From contig NW_027590261.1 of assembly GCF_964213995.1 (NCBI RefSeq), forward strand, positions 496,001 to 560,000: a stretch of 64,000 nt of DNA. The letters run 5' to 3'. This stretch comes from Mustelus asterias (lineage: Eukaryota). Position 1 is the stretch's first letter; each line of letters opens with the position of its first letter. A program made the position numbers and the translations under genes. Shown here one piece after another: positions 25,590 through 39,900 of the stretch. The notes under the pieces were generated by a model that was not told where the DNA came from, searched no databases, and saw only the letters and a list, made by a program, of their open reading frames with translations.

Positions 25590-28500
25590 TTTTGAGAGGT
25601 TGATTCAACGGCAAGTGTTGCCCATGAAGCTATTAGTTGTGGTTGTATATTGTCGTTTTCTGTGTCATGAATGAGACCGAGGAATTTTTGTTGGAGAGCC
25701 TAGTTCCCCCAAATCTTGTAGTCTCTGCTCTGATGCTAGTGTCGAATGTCTTATTTAGATTCAGGAAGGTATGGTTATGATACGTATATCTTCCAACACA
25801 AACACAACACTGTGCTTCAGGTTAATCCCGGTCTTCAAGCAGATGAGTAACAAAATTGTCATCCTATCAAAGGCCTTTCCCATGATGCTATGATTGAGAT
25901 ACAGCTGCAGATGTTGCCGCCTCTTCTGTCGACCTTGTCTTCGGATAGTGTGATGCTTTTGAATGATGAGTCTCCTGTGGAACGGAACCTATCTTCTGGC
26001 AGAGAAAGAGAAGGTCATAAATGTTCAGAAAGTTGGTATTTATTTTCACCAATTGCCATCCATTCACAAAGTTACACAATTTTGTTCATAAGTTATCATC
26101 CATTCATAAACATTAATCGTTTAAGTTTTAATTTAATGGATACGTGCGTTGCTGGCTCAGTCAGCATTTGTTGCCCATACCTAATTGCCCTTAGTGAGCT
26201 GGTGGTGAGCTACCTTCTTGAATTGCTGCAGAACCGGTGGTGCTGGTACCCACACTGTGCTGTTGCAGAGGGACTTCTAGGATTTCGATCCAGCGATAGT
26301 GAAGGAAGGACGATATATTTCCAAGTCAGGTATATGACTGACTTGGAGGGGAATTTATAGGTGATATTCCCTGGTAATTGTTACCCCTGTCCTTCCAGAT
26401 GGTAGGTGTCGTGTGGTTGGAAGGTGTTGCGTAAGGAGTTTCGGTGAGTTTCGGAAGTGAAACTTGTAGATGGTACATAATGCTGCTCTCTGTGGTGGAG
26501 GGACTGAGCATTTGCAAATGCTGTGCCAGTCCAGCCGGCTGCTTTGTCCTGAATGGTATGAAGATTCTTGAATACTGTTTGAGCTGCACTTACTCAAGCA
26601 AGTGGAGAGAACCCTTTTACTCTCCTGACTTGTGTCGTGTCGGTGGTGCACAGGTTTGGGGAGTCAGGAGGTGGGTTACTCACAGCAGGCTGACCTGATA
26701 TTCTCGCCGGAGCATTTATATACCTAGTTAATGCAGCGATTATAATGCAGCAGATGGAGTATAACGTTGACAAGTGTGAGGTTATCCGCTTTGGAAGGAA
26801 TAATAGTAAAATGGACTATTATTTATATGGTGAAAAATTACAACATGCTACTGTGCAGAGGGACCTGGGGGTCCTTGTGCATGAATCGCAAAAACTCAGT
26901 TTGCAGGTGCAGCAGGTGATCAAGAAGACAAATGGAACGTTGGCCTTTATTGCGAAGGGGATGGAGTATAAAAGCAGGGAGGTCTTGCTGAAATTGTACA
27001 AGGTACTGGTGAGGCCGCAACTAGAGTACTGTGTGCAATTTTGGTCCCCTTATTTGCGGAAGGATATATTGGCTTTGGAGGGAGTACAGAGAAGGTTCAC
27101 CAGGTTGATACCAGAGATGAGGGGGTTAGCTTATGAGGAGAGATTGTGTAGATTGGGCCTGTACTCGTTGGAGTTTAGAAGGCTGAGGGGAGATCTTATA
27201 GAGACATATAAGATAATGAAGTGGCTAGACAGGGTAGAGGCAGAGAGATTCTTTCCACTTAGAAAGGAAACAAGAACTAGAGGACACAGTCTCAAAATAA
27301 GGGGGAGTCAGTTTAGAACAGAGTTGAGGGGGAACTTCTTCTCTCAGAGGGTAGTGAATCTCTGGAATTCTCTGCCCATTGAAGCAGTGGAGGCTACCTC
27401 GTTAAATATGTTGAAGTCACAGGTCGATAGATCTCTGATCAATAAGGGAATTAAGGGTTATGGGGAGCGGGCGGGTAAGTGGAACTAAACCACTATCAGA
27501 TCAGCCATGGTCTTATTGAATGGCGGGGCAGGCTCGAGAGGCTAGATGGCCTACTCCTGCTCCTATTTCTTATGTTCTTATGTTCTTATTAGCCAATGGT
27601 AACCCCGTCGATGTTTATAGTGGGTGATTCAGTATCATAATATCATTGAATGACAAGGGGCAATGGGTAGGTTCTCCCTTTTTGGAGGTGGTCATTGCCT
27701 GGCGCCAATATTACCAATAATCTTCAATTCACAAAAATAAATTAATATTTCACCAATTATTGTCAGTATTTTATTTGATGCAAATATAATTGCAGTTTAT
27801 GAAACTGCAGATTCAAATGTATTGAGATAACATTGGCCTTTCTGTCACGAAAGAAACAAATCTGCCCCAGAATTCAGCGGGAAATTGAAGTAAATCAGCC
27901 AAATAGTAGCAGCTACCCAGCAGCCTCTGCGCTTTATTAACAAGTAATGACCTCATCATCACACAGAAACTCCTGATATATAACTGGAGTGTGTGACCAT
28001 TTTAAAAATGACTGTAGAACTGAAAGTATCTGTATCTAATGTGAATTAATAGACGCTTAAAATCCCGATTCATTTTTACAAAGTTCTGGCAAGTAATTTA
28101 AAACTTCAAGCTGTCCAGTGAGTTTCACAATATTGTAGTTGCCACATCGTTTATTTTTTAGCGTATTATCTTCACTAATTTGGGTGATGATCTGTTGAGT
28201 GATTTTGTTGCACTAGGAAGGCCACATTCCTAGTGCAACAAAATCACTCAATATTACAATCTTCCCTCATCAACCTAATCATGTTCCCTCTTTCCATCTT
28301 GCATTTGGAGATTCACCATCAGCAGGGGGGGGAAATCAGACTACTCTTAGTGACGTTCAATTCATTTGTTCCGCATATCCCTGGGATGGAATTCACCCAG
28401 AAAATCTGGAAGGATTAAAGGTTGTGGACTGACACAATTGTAATAAAGGACCAGCCTCGATTTTTGAAGTAGTAAAACACAAGTGTGCGAATGTGGAACA

Positions 28501-31120
28501 ACAAATGTCAGGACCAGCTATCGTCACATCCATCAGTCCATTCACTGATTCCTCGATGAAAACATTCAGGCATCCAACTATCGTTCATCCCTGCATCAAC
28601 ACAAGCATTTATTTATTTCTTGAGTCGATGGTGGCGTAATATTAATGTCAGTGGAGCAGTAATCCAGAGGCCCAGGCCAGTGATGTGTGAACACGAGATT
28701 AATTCCGACCATGGCAGCTGGTGGAATTTGATTTCAATCAATAAATCTGGATTCATATTTGCAGCGACCAGATGAACCACTCTGATTCCCCAATCAAAGA
28801 AATCTGCCATCCCTACTTAGTCTCACCAGGGTGTGACTCCAGACGGACAGCAGTATGCGTAACTGGGCAATGCCTTCTGAAATGTCCTAACACACCACTC
28901 AGTTCAAAATAAATTAAGCACAGGAAACAAATGTTGGTCTTTCCAGAGACTCCCACGTCCCGTGGAAGAAAAAAGTGAAATAAAACACAAGCATACATGT
29001 TTATGTATTATAAAATGTATCACCTCTCTGAATCAACTCTCACAATCTGCCTGTGTTTATTTTTATCCATCGTTCACAGTATTTTGTTGTTTTGGAGAGA
29101 TCATCATTGTTGCTAACAAGGTGCCAGAGAAGCTGGAAACTTTCTTTTCCAAAGAAATGGGAAGCATTTATATAGGTTTACAACTTAAACAATAATTAAC
29201 TTGCCTCCAGTACTGTTGCTGGGCAGATTTGTTTATAAATAGGCCCCATTGACAATGTTGAGAGTTTGAAGTTGGCTTGCAGCCAAGCGCTCAGTGCTGA
29301 GGAAACAGATCTTTGAGTTTCTGAACAAACACCCTCAGATGCTTCCTGTAAATATCTTCGGGTATTTGGCAGCAGGTTGGACTGCTGCCAAATACTGCGT
29401 GGGACAGATTAACGTGAATCTGTAAGAATAAAATGGGACTTAGCCAGTTATATAATAAATGTTTGATTCCCACAAGAAAGACACGTTTTAAATGGTATTC
29501 TCAGCAAATATTTTAAATGACTGCACTGTTCATTATGTGATTAAACAGTATCGGAAAGTAGTAATTTGGCGAGGTGCTATTTCATTTGTATAACTTCCAA
29601 ATAAATGTCGTTCCAACAATTAAATCCACTTTGTGAGCAACTTCATGAAGTGCACGAAAGAGATTTTGATGTCCCCAATCCCTCAGTCCAATGAGATCAG
29701 TGTAATGGCCCAAAATTAAAATAATTAAAAGTAAAAGAAAGTCATATAACTGCCTTGAACAGCGCGGATTTCTTGAATATTCTCAGTGTTCTACACCTCT
29801 TTAAAAAGACAACGTCAATTATACGTGATTGGCACCATGTTCTGTTGTGCAGCATAACCTGATTTCGATTATTTAACAGTCCCTCTCATAGCTGCCAATG
29901 AGTGAAGAAATGACCAGTTCATAACCTGGTTCAGTGGAAGATAAAACATTTACTCTTGTGATATTGTGCAAAATGCCGCAAAGTCTTAATATCCTGTGTT
30001 CCCACGACGAATGAATGTTAGACAGCGGTGGCCAATAAAATGAGCTGTAATGATTGGGATGCTGAAGGAGAACTTTCCTGATCGCCGTGTTGGTTCTGAT
30101 TCATTAATTTCTCTGTCCAAATCTATTTCAATTTTATGTATCTCTGTCAACTCAATTAATTATAAGTCAACCATGTTTCTTTCACTGTTCATTTTCACAG
30201 GGTTAAGGAGCTGTTGGGGAAATATGAGGTGTAACATTGTATCATATGAGGAGTTTCTTTTTTCAATTCATTCATGGACGGCACGGTGGCATAGTTGTTA
30301 GCACTGCTGCCGCACAACGCAAGGGACCCGGATTCAATTCCCGGTTTGGATCTGCGTAGAGTCTCTGTCTGTGTGGAGTCTGCACGTCCTCCAATTGTCT
30401 GCCTATTTACTCACACGGTCCGAAGATGTGCCGCTTAGGTTGATTGGCGATGATAAATTCTTCCATGATGCCAAGGGAATTAGCAGCGAATATACGTGGG
30501 GTGATGGGGATAGGGCCTGAGTGGGAATGTTGTCGGTGCAGGCCGAATGGGCCAAATGGCCTCCTTCTGCTCTGTAGGGATTCTATGGACATGGATGCCG
30601 CTGGATGGTCAGCATTTATTGCCCACTCCTTGTCCGAGGGCAGTTGAGAGCCAACCACATTGCTGTGGCTCTGGAATCACATGTAGGCCAGCCAGGTAAG
30701 GACTGCAGATTTCCTTCTCGAAAGGACATTACTGAAGACAATCGGCAACGATATCATGGTCATAAGTAGATTCCTAAGTCCAGACGTTTTTACTGAATTT
30801 AAATTCCACCATCTGCCGTGGCGGGATTCGAAGCCAGATCCTGAGAACATTAGTTGAGTTTGTGGATTAATTGTATAGCGATAATAACACGAAGCCATTG
30901 CTTCCCTTTTTGCTTATATCCAGTCCCAAATTACACGGATAGCTATCCACACCTGAAATACAATCATCCCAGCATGTAGTTACATAAATCGATAATAATT
31001 CCTTTAATGAATTATTATTTTGCTGCAATGTGTTAGAGACACAGAATTATTGCAAATCTGACTGACGTCTTTACCCTGATAAGATAATGTCACCTTGTTT
31101 ATGTCTATTCCCTTGTGAAG
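25590..31120 (-). pseudogene. Unidentified gene relic, copy alpha-2
   Basis: Matches 9196-16780; e.g. DLIGLRDWGHQNLFRALHEV, FTLICPTQYLAAVQPAAKYPKIFTGSI, PQPLILPDFLGEFHP; clean acceptor CTTTCTCTGCCAG at ~25997. Confidence 0.6.
26745..27590 (+). mobile_element. Young CR1 LINE 3' end (open 247-aa ORF2 C-terminus)
   Basis: Uninterrupted QMEYNVDKCEV...LVRPQLEYCVQFWSP...FFSQRVVNLWNSLP; (TTCTTATG)n tail; absent from the paralogous site near 10350. Confidence 0.93.
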
Positions 31121-31659
31121 AGGTGCAGAAATGAAGGTATTTAATTTACAATGAAATTGTTTCTTTTATATAACAGATAATCAAATGCAATTTCACCCCT
31201 TGGACTTGCAGATACATTACAATGGATCTCAATCTTACTGCCTCAGTATTAGTCTGTTTCTGGAATGTTCCAGTGTCAGCAATCAATTCACCGGGAGTAA
31301 TCCTCGGTATTTTTGATAAATTTTATTTGATTTCATTTGATTTATTATTATCACACATATTACGACACAGTGAACATTATTGTTTCGTGTTCACTATATA
31401 GACAGAGCATACTGTACATAGGGAAGAAAGGGAGAGAGTACAGAATGTAATGTTACAGTCATAGCTAGGGTGTAGAAAAAGATCAACTTAATGCGAGGTT
31501 GGTCCATTCAAAAGTCTGAATGCCGCAGGAAAGAAACTGTTTTTGACTCGGTTTATAAATGTCCTCAAGCTTTTGCATCATCGCGATGGAAAAAGGCGAG
31601 AGAGTATGTCCGGGGTGCGTGGCGTTGTTTTTACATGTTTTTCTTTCATATTTGTAAAA

Positions 31660-31817
31660 GTGTCTAATCAGACATTGTGTTGGCTCAGCCAGAGGCAGAA
31701 AGCGGGCGTCCCTGAGGCTCCCTGAGACTGACCTGGAAAGCCATCGCGTGGCTTTACCCATGGCAGCAACTGGGTGTCTGGGTCAGACAGGTCCCTGGAC
31801 AGTGTTTGTAGTATCTT
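31660..31817 (+). pseudogene. IGHV: VH pseudogene 2 (3' truncated)
   Basis: V*SDIVLAQPEAESGRP*GSLRLTWKA...WVRQVPGQCL; frameshifted; cut by a CR1 at ~31820; same acceptor loss and TGA (31713) as pseudogene 1. Confidence 0.88.
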
Positions 31818-31819
31818 AG

Positions 31820-32845
31820 GAATGTAAGAACTAGGAGCTGAAGTAGGCCAACTGGCACCTCGATCCTGCTCCACCATTGAATAAGATCATGGCCTACCTT
31901 TTTGTGGACTCGGCTCCACTTATCAGCCTGCACACCATAACCCTTAATTACTTTACTGTTCAGAAATGTATTTTTCCTTGCCTTAAAAGCATTCAATGAG
32001 GTTGCCTCCACTGCTTCACTGGGCAGGGAATTCCACAGATTCACAATCCTTTGTGTGAAGAATTTCCTCCTCAACTGAGTGCTAAATCTGCTCCTCCTTA
32101 TTTTGAGGCTATGCCCCCTAGTTCTGGTTTCACCTGCCAGTGGAAACTCGGGCGGCACGGTAGCACAGTGGTTAGCACTGCTGCTTCACAGCTCCAGGTT
32201 CCCGGGTTCGATTCCCGGCTCGGGTCACTGCCTGTGTGGAGTTTGCACATTCTCCTCGTGTCTGCGTTGGTTTCCTCCGGGTGCTCCGGTTTCCTCCCAC
32301 AGTCCAAAGATGTGCGGGTTAGGTTGATTAGCCAGGTTAAAAAAATTGCCCCTTAGAGTCCTGGGATGTGTAGGTTAGTGGGATTAGCGGGTAAAATATG
32401 TGGGGGTAGGGCCTGGGTGGGATTGTGGTCGGTGCAGACTCGATGGGCCGAATGGCCTCCTTCTGCACTGTAGGGTTTCTATGATTCTATGAACTTCCCC
32501 GCTTCTATCTTATTAATTCCCTTCCTAATCTTGTATGCTTCTATAAGATTCTCCCGGCACTCTTCTGAATTCCAATGACTATATGTTCAAAATCTCTGAA
32601 TTTCTTCATTTCCAGTTATTACATCCCCCTTGTCATCATCTAAAGGACCAATGTTTACTTTAGCCACTCTTTCTTTTTGCTTTATATATTTGTAGAAACA
32701 TTTGATATCTGTTTTTATATTCTAAGCTAGTTTACTTTCATCATCCATCTTACTTTTCCTTATAGCTTTCTTCGTGGCTTTCTGTTGACCTTTAAAGATT
32801 TCCAAATGCTCTATTTTCCCACTAATCTTTGCCACTTTGTATCTT
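31820..32845 (-). mobile_element. CR1 LINE fragment with a nested full-length V-SINE (32150-32492, +)
   Basis: TRGHSLKIR...FFTQRIVNLWNSLP on the minus strand; near-consensus SINE inside. Confidence 0.85.
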
Positions 32846-35800
32846 GTGTAATGAATGTTCAAAAAGTTTCTATTAATTTTGAATCAACTGTTAATATTCT
32901 TAAAATAAACGCTATTTTGATTTGAAACAGATCAATAAGTGACGGTTTATGGTTTTGCTGCCATGAACATTTCATTGTAAACAGTGAGGTGTTTATGTAA
33001 ATAAATACAGAAATAGAAATCCCAGATTAGATTGTTGACTGACAAAAACACAACAAATATTTCCCCACCAACACAGCACAGAAATAGAGTCAAACATGCA
33101 AATCAATCAACGGATTCCAGTAACGATTGTTTTTCAATATTATTGAAAGCTATGATTTTAAATTACATGAGGAAAAGCGTCATGATGATATCTATGTCCA
33201 GAATTAGGAAAACATCCCTCTGATCCCGAAATATAATGACACGGCAAATGTATTCATTGAAATTTCCTGTTTCATCTCTCTGTCTTTCTCCTGTCTGTTT
33301 CAGTGTCTGATCTCCCCACAATGGTTCGTCACCTTCACTCCACAACATGAAGTCAATGTCTACCCAATGTGTTCTCTCAGCCAGAGTTATAGACTTCTAA
33401 AAGAATTTAATTCAATGAATTGGAATCTGTGAAAGAGCTTGACTCTAAAAGATCTCTTGAGCATTCTTTGATCTTGGTATATTTGATACATTTTCCTCTG
33501 TATCTAACCTCGGCTGTACCTGGTGATAAGGATTCAATGTGGCAGTACCAAAGGATCTGCCCCCATATTTAGCCGCTGCTGTCCCTGTCTTTGGAATATT
33601 TACTCTGCATCTAAACTCACTGTACCTTCCTTTTGAATGTTTGATATGACTTTGTCAAGGAAGATTTAATCCGTATCTCATCTCTGCTGTACCTGACCTG
33701 GGTGTGTTTTATGGCACTATGTAGACAGCTCTTTTCCCTGTACCTAACACTAATTTAAATCTGCCTCCCGAATCTCTGAAGGAAGAGTGCAGAAGAGGTT
33801 TTACGTAGAAGAGAGTTACTGCTCTTTCTGCCTTCATTTTGTTTGAGCAGACTTTGTAGAGGGAGTTTCACTCTCTTTCTAGACAGTATACTGTTCTGGG
33901 AATGTTTGATTTGGATAGTATAGAGCGAGATTCACTTTGTATGTAACTCATGCTATTCCTGCCTTGGGAGGGTTTAATTTGGCAATGCAGAGGGAACTTT
34001 GCATTCTTCAGCTAACACCACGTTACTCCTGTCCTGTAAGCTTTTGATGGGATAGTCGGCCGTCTCTACAAATTTCATGGGGTTGAACCAGTCTCTTTAT
34101 ATTAAAGTAAATTTACCCTCTGTCAGCTTATATTATGAAGCCATGCCTTTGTTGATTTTTCACTGGACCCTAACTATTTTTATATTGCACGTACAATATT
34201 ATATTGCCTGTCTCTACTCATATGAAACTGGATGTTGTATCAGTTTATACTAAATTAGACGCTGTTATACGTTATATTATACGTTACCATGTTTCTGTTC
34301 ATATTAAGCGAGACGTTGTCTCTGTTTATATTAATATAGACCTATCTCTATTTGCATTAAACTAGATGCAGTCTTATTTCTGCAATTGACCCTGTCAACG
34401 TTTATATTGTATTGGACATGGTCTCAGTTTTTAACTGCACTGGGCAATGCCAGTAATGAGGGAAGTGGTTGGGGGAATACAATTCTCTGCAAACTTTATG
34501 AGGTTTTGGGCACGGGAAAAGAAGAAGCGATATCTGAAATGTACTTCTGCTGACTGCATTGAAAATGGATACCAAGCCCGGTGTAGCATGCGTTGTCAAT
34601 AAAGAACAAAAAAACAAAGAAAATCACCGCACAGGGAAAGGCCTATCGGCCCTCCAAGACTGCACCAACCAAATACTGTCGATCCAATACTGCCCGTTTC
34701 TGGATCCTGCCTGATAACAATGTTTTTATCCCAACATATTATCTCTTCTTCTCGCAGAACCATGTAGTAATACAGACATAATTCAAACAGCTATAGTTAA
34801 GTGCAGGAATAACACTGACACAGTCTAGTGAAATGTATACAGAGTCGGTATCAAATATTACGTATCCAGAGAGAATGTCTCGTGCAATATAAACTGAATT
34901 TCGATCTAGCAGAGTATTAACAGAACCAGACTGTGTTTTAATATAAACAGGGGCCAGATCCAACAAAATAGAAATGAGTTAGTGCCGAGTGCCATGTGGG
35001 GATGGTCAAATGCCAAATTCCAATGACAGCCACATCGCATGAAAGAAACATTTTAAAAAATGACATTGCCAAGGAAAAGAAAACTGAGACAGTGTCTAGC
35101 GCAGTTTTACTGATATAGGAGCTTATGCGACATGAACTGAGACAGCGCCGAGTAATTAATGATACTGGACCGAGATTTATATGAACTGCGATGGAGCCAA
35201 GTGTATTCGTAATAATTATTGATACAGGACTGAGACAGGTTTAAACTGAAACAAAGTCCAGTGTGTTAATGATAATTACTGATATAGTACCTTGACTGAT
35301 ATAAACTTAGACAGAGCCCACTTCATTCGTAGTTGTTGTTGATAAAGGAACTAGACTGATGCACACTGAGATTCGGACAATGCAGCAATTAGGAGGTATT
35401 GCAAAGTACAATAAAACTGAGACAAGACATAGTCTTAAATAACCAAATACATGGACTGGTGCTGCATTAACTTAAAAAGGACTTGGATTATTAAAATCTA
35501 ATGAACGCCTAGCAAAATAACTGTGACAGAACCATGTGTAATGCATGAAGACAGTATTTCCAGTTTAGTACACAGAGGTAAATGTTCTGAGCCAGTAAGA
35601 ATTAAGACACGGTCTCTTGTCAGATTAGCAGAGACATGGCTAAGTGCAACCGTAACTTAGAAATTATAATATTAACAGGGCCTGTACATGAACAGCTGAT
35701 ATTGAGCCGAGTGCAGCAAAAAAACGTAGATAGGACCTCCTGGAATGTGATCCAGGCAGAACCTCGTGTAACACGGACAGAGTCAGAGGTGAGTTGAATA

Positions 35801-36929
35801 TAAGCAGAGATATGATATTTTTAACATTACTTCATGGGATTCTGACGTCACTGACAGTCAACATTTGTTGCCAAATCATAATTTCCTTTGAGAATGTGGT
35901 GGCAAGCTTTGGGAAGCTGGTGGGTGGGGTGTTCTTCGAGACAGCTACTTTCTCCAGAATGGCATTGAGCTTTTTGAGTGGCACAAGTTAGGCAAGTAGA
36001 GAATATTCAATCATTTATGTTGGAACAGACTTGATGGGCAGAAGGGCCTGTTCATGTGCTGTACTGTTCTTTGTTCATATTCCTGTCTTTTGCCTGGTAG
36101 ATGATGGATAGGGTTTGGAAATTCAGGAGGTGAGCTGTTCGCCGAAGAACCCCTGGCATCTCACCTGCTCTTGTAGCCACATGATTTAAATGCCTGTTCC
36201 AGTTCAGATTTTCACGAAGTATAATGCCCAGGATGTTGATAGTGTGGGATTCTGCGCTAGTAATGCTACTTAGTGTCAAGGGGAGATGGTTGGGATCTCC
36301 CTTACTGGAGAGGGTCATTGCCTGCCACTTGTGTGGCATTAATGTTACTTGTCACTCAATAGCCCAAGTCTGAATGTTTTCTAAGTCTTGCTTCATATGG
36401 ACACAGACTGTGTCAGTACCTGAGGAGTCGGAACTGGTGCTGAACTTTGTTCAATCATCAGTGAACATCCCACATATGAACTTTGATGATGGCTGAAGCT
36501 TGGGGCTTTGTCACTAACCTGAAGAATTCCTGCAAAGCCGTGTGACTGAGATGATTGACCATTAAGAACCACAACCATCTTCCTTTGTGTTCCAGCCAGT
36601 GGACTGTTTCCCCCTGATTCCTATTAACTGCAGTTTCGCTCGGGCTCCTTGATGCGACAAACGGTCAAATGTTGCGTCGATGTCAAGGGCACGCAACCTC
36701 TCTTCACCTTTTAATTTAAAATTTGTGTCTATATTTGGACTCATTTTAAATCATTTCTGGAATCGAGTGATCCTGGCGGAACAAAAATTGAGCATCTTGG
36801 TTTGCGTGTGTTTTGTGAAATATATCATGTTTGACAGAAATTAATTTCAAAATGATCACTTGCATCCTTCCATTTACACTACATGATGGACACACAATAA
36901 ACACATCCAATTCAGATTGGCTTCCTTTA

Positions 36930-39900
36930 CATATGTCACCTTTTCTGATGATTGAAGAGGACAATTTTTGAAAGGTTAGTTCTGCCACAAGTGCTGCCCA
37001 TTAAGCTACCATTTATCATAGTGTGTTATCGTTTTTGTATCATGAATGGATATTTTGGTGTAGAGCCAGTTATCACCAAAATCCTATGGTCCTTGCCGTG
37101 CTGACGGTGTTGAATGTCTTAGCGAGATTGACCAAAGTACGTTAAAGATATGGACATATGGAACATGGAGAAGTTGTTGGCTGGAGTAAATCTTCCAACA
37201 CAATCACTACACTGCACATCAGGAACACCCGGTCTGCAAGTAGATGATGTATTTCAAGTGTGACCCGAGCAAAGATCTTTCCCGTGATGCCATGACTGAG
37301 ATATGTCTGTAGCTGGAGCAGTCTCTTCCATTGGCTTACTTTGCAAAAAGTGTGATGAATTTGAATCATGCATCTCTTGTGGAATGGTGGGTGCCAGGAT
37401 GGCACAGTGGTTAGCTCTGTTGCCTCACATCGCTAGGGCCACAGGTTTGGTTCCCGGCTTGGGTCAGTGTCTGTGCGGTATCTGCACATTCTTCCCGTGT
37501 ATGCGTGGATTTCCTCTGGGTGCTCCTCCCACAGTCCGAAAAGGCATGCAGGTAGGGTGCACTGGCCAGGCTAAATTCTCCCTCGGTGTACCCGAACAGA
37601 CACCGCAATGTGGCGACTCGGGGATTTTCACAGTAACTTCATTGAAGTGTTAATGTAAGCCTACTTGTGACATTAATAAATAAACTTCAAACATTAAATC
37701 TTCCAGCAGATAAGGAGAATGTCATAAATGTTCAGAAAAATAGTAATTATTTTCACCAACGACCATCCATTCACAATTTTTAAAAATGCATTCACCAGTT
37801 CTCATTCATTCATAAAGATTAGTATATTTAACATTACTTTATGGGAGGTGGGCGACACTTTCTAGGCCAGCATTTGTTCCCCATTGCTAATTGCATTCAG
37901 TAAAGTGGTGGTGAACCGCCTTGTTGAACCGCTGCAAAACCTGCAGAGTAGGTACTCCCATAGTGCTGTTCGGGAGGGTGCTCATGGATTCCGACCCAGC
38001 GACAGTATAGGAATGGTAATATATGTTCAAGTGGGGTTGATGAGTGTCTTCGGGAGGGGGGGCGGGGGAGGTGGGGGGGGGGGGGGAATTTCCAGGCGGG
38101 GTTGTTCCACTTCACCAATTATCATCAATTCATACAGATAAACAATTATTTCACCAATTATATTCAGCATTTTGATAAAAGCAAAATACTACGGATTCTG
38201 GAAACTGAAACAAAAACAATAAATTCTGGAAAATCTCAACAGGTCTGACAGCATCTGGGGAGAGAGAATAGAGCCAACATTTTGAGTCAGGATGACGAAT
38301 TTTTATTTGGAGGAAATTGAAGTGGATGATGAAATTGGGAAATGATACGGTTGGATAGGGATTAGGAAGTTTTTTTTAGAATATAGTTAGTGATTGAGGC
38401 GTTGATTAGGTTAGTTAGGATGGAGAAGTTGAATATGATATTTGGGATCGATATCTGAATTGATGTAACTTGTGTGTGGTTCGAAATAGTGTATATCATT
38501 AAACAGTAACTACTTAAACTATTCCCATCTCACAGGAAAGTGATGCAGCTTCTCTGACACCTTGTTAGAAACAATGATGATCTCTCCAACGCATCAGGAA
38601 TACTCTGTCGAAGCGCCATCCAGACACGAAAAGTTGGCTCTATTCTGTCTCCATAGAAGCTGTCAGACCTGCTGCGATTTTCCAGCATTTTCTGTTTGTT
38701 TTCAGTCTTTCATTCTATACAACATACAATTGTAATTTGCTTCGTAGGATGTATTAACATTTATTGGCATCATATTGGCCTTTTTGTCACCAAGGAATAT
38801 AATCTGTCCCAGAATTCAGTGGGGAATGAAATTAATTCAGACCGAGCATAATGAACAGCGACCCAGCAGCCTCTGTTCTTCATTGACAAGTAATCACCTC
38901 ATCATCACACAGAATGTCCTGATACATAGCTAGAGTGTGTGATGATTTTCAAAGTGATGATATAAATGAAACTACCTGTACCTCATGTGAAGTTACTGAA
39001 TCTTTAAATCCCGATTCAGTATTACACTGTTTTGGGAAGTAATGTAACAATTGTTATTGTCCAGTGAGTCTCACAATATTTCTGTTGGTATCTTATTTAC
39101 GTTTCACCCTGTTACCTTCACTAATTTAGGTGAGGGCATGTTGAGTGATTTGCTGTACGTCAAAGAACCACATGTTTCAAATATTACAATCCTCCCTCCT
39201 CAAACTAATCATGTTCACTCATTTTATCTTGGATATGAAGATTCAGCATCAGCAGAGAAATGAACCATCCGAGCGGCAGGAATATCTCGTCCTTCTCTTC
39301 GTGAGGATCAGCTTGCTAACTCCCGATAAACTCGGGATGGAGTTCACCCAGACACTCTGGAAGAGTTGAAGGTATTAGACTGACACAAATGGAATAAAGG
39401 AGCTGATTCAATTTATGAAATAATCAAGCACAAATATGGGAATGTAGAACAGCATTTTTCAATACCATCTCGCAATGCATCCATCAATCCATTCACTGAT
39501 TCCTCAATCAAAATATTCAGGCATCCAACTGTCATTCATCCAACTATCATTCATTCAACTGTCATTCATTCCTGCATCAAGACAGTCATTCATTTATTGT
39601 TTGTGCAGATGGTGACGTAATATTAATTGAAGTGGCCCAGTGATCCAGAGGCCCAGGACAATGATGTGGGGACAGGGATTTAAATCGGCGCATTGCAGCT
39701 GGTGGAATTTGAATTCAATTAATAAATGTGGAATACATTCTAATGGCGACCATAGAACCCTCTCTGATCCCCCAATGAGGGAAATCTGCCATCGCTACCT
39801 GGTCTCACAAGAATGTGACTCCAGACGGACACAAAATGGCTGACTCTTCAGAAGTGGCATAGAAAACCATTCAGTTCAAGGGAATTTGGGACAGGCATAA

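Larger units (their letters stand above)
25586..39745. repeat. Segmental tandem duplication, right copy
   Basis: Starts CAATTTTTGAGAGGTTG (= 9196) and ends at GGAATACATTCTAATGGC (= 25444). Confidence 0.85.

Noticed and set aside
26745-27488. Open 247-aa ORF as a host gene
   Set aside because: It is the C-terminus of CR1 ORF2, 5'-truncated, with a LINE tail.
32150-32225. tRNA gene
   Set aside because: The A/B boxes belong to a SINE head followed by V-domain and LINE tail; no cloverleaf with terminator.
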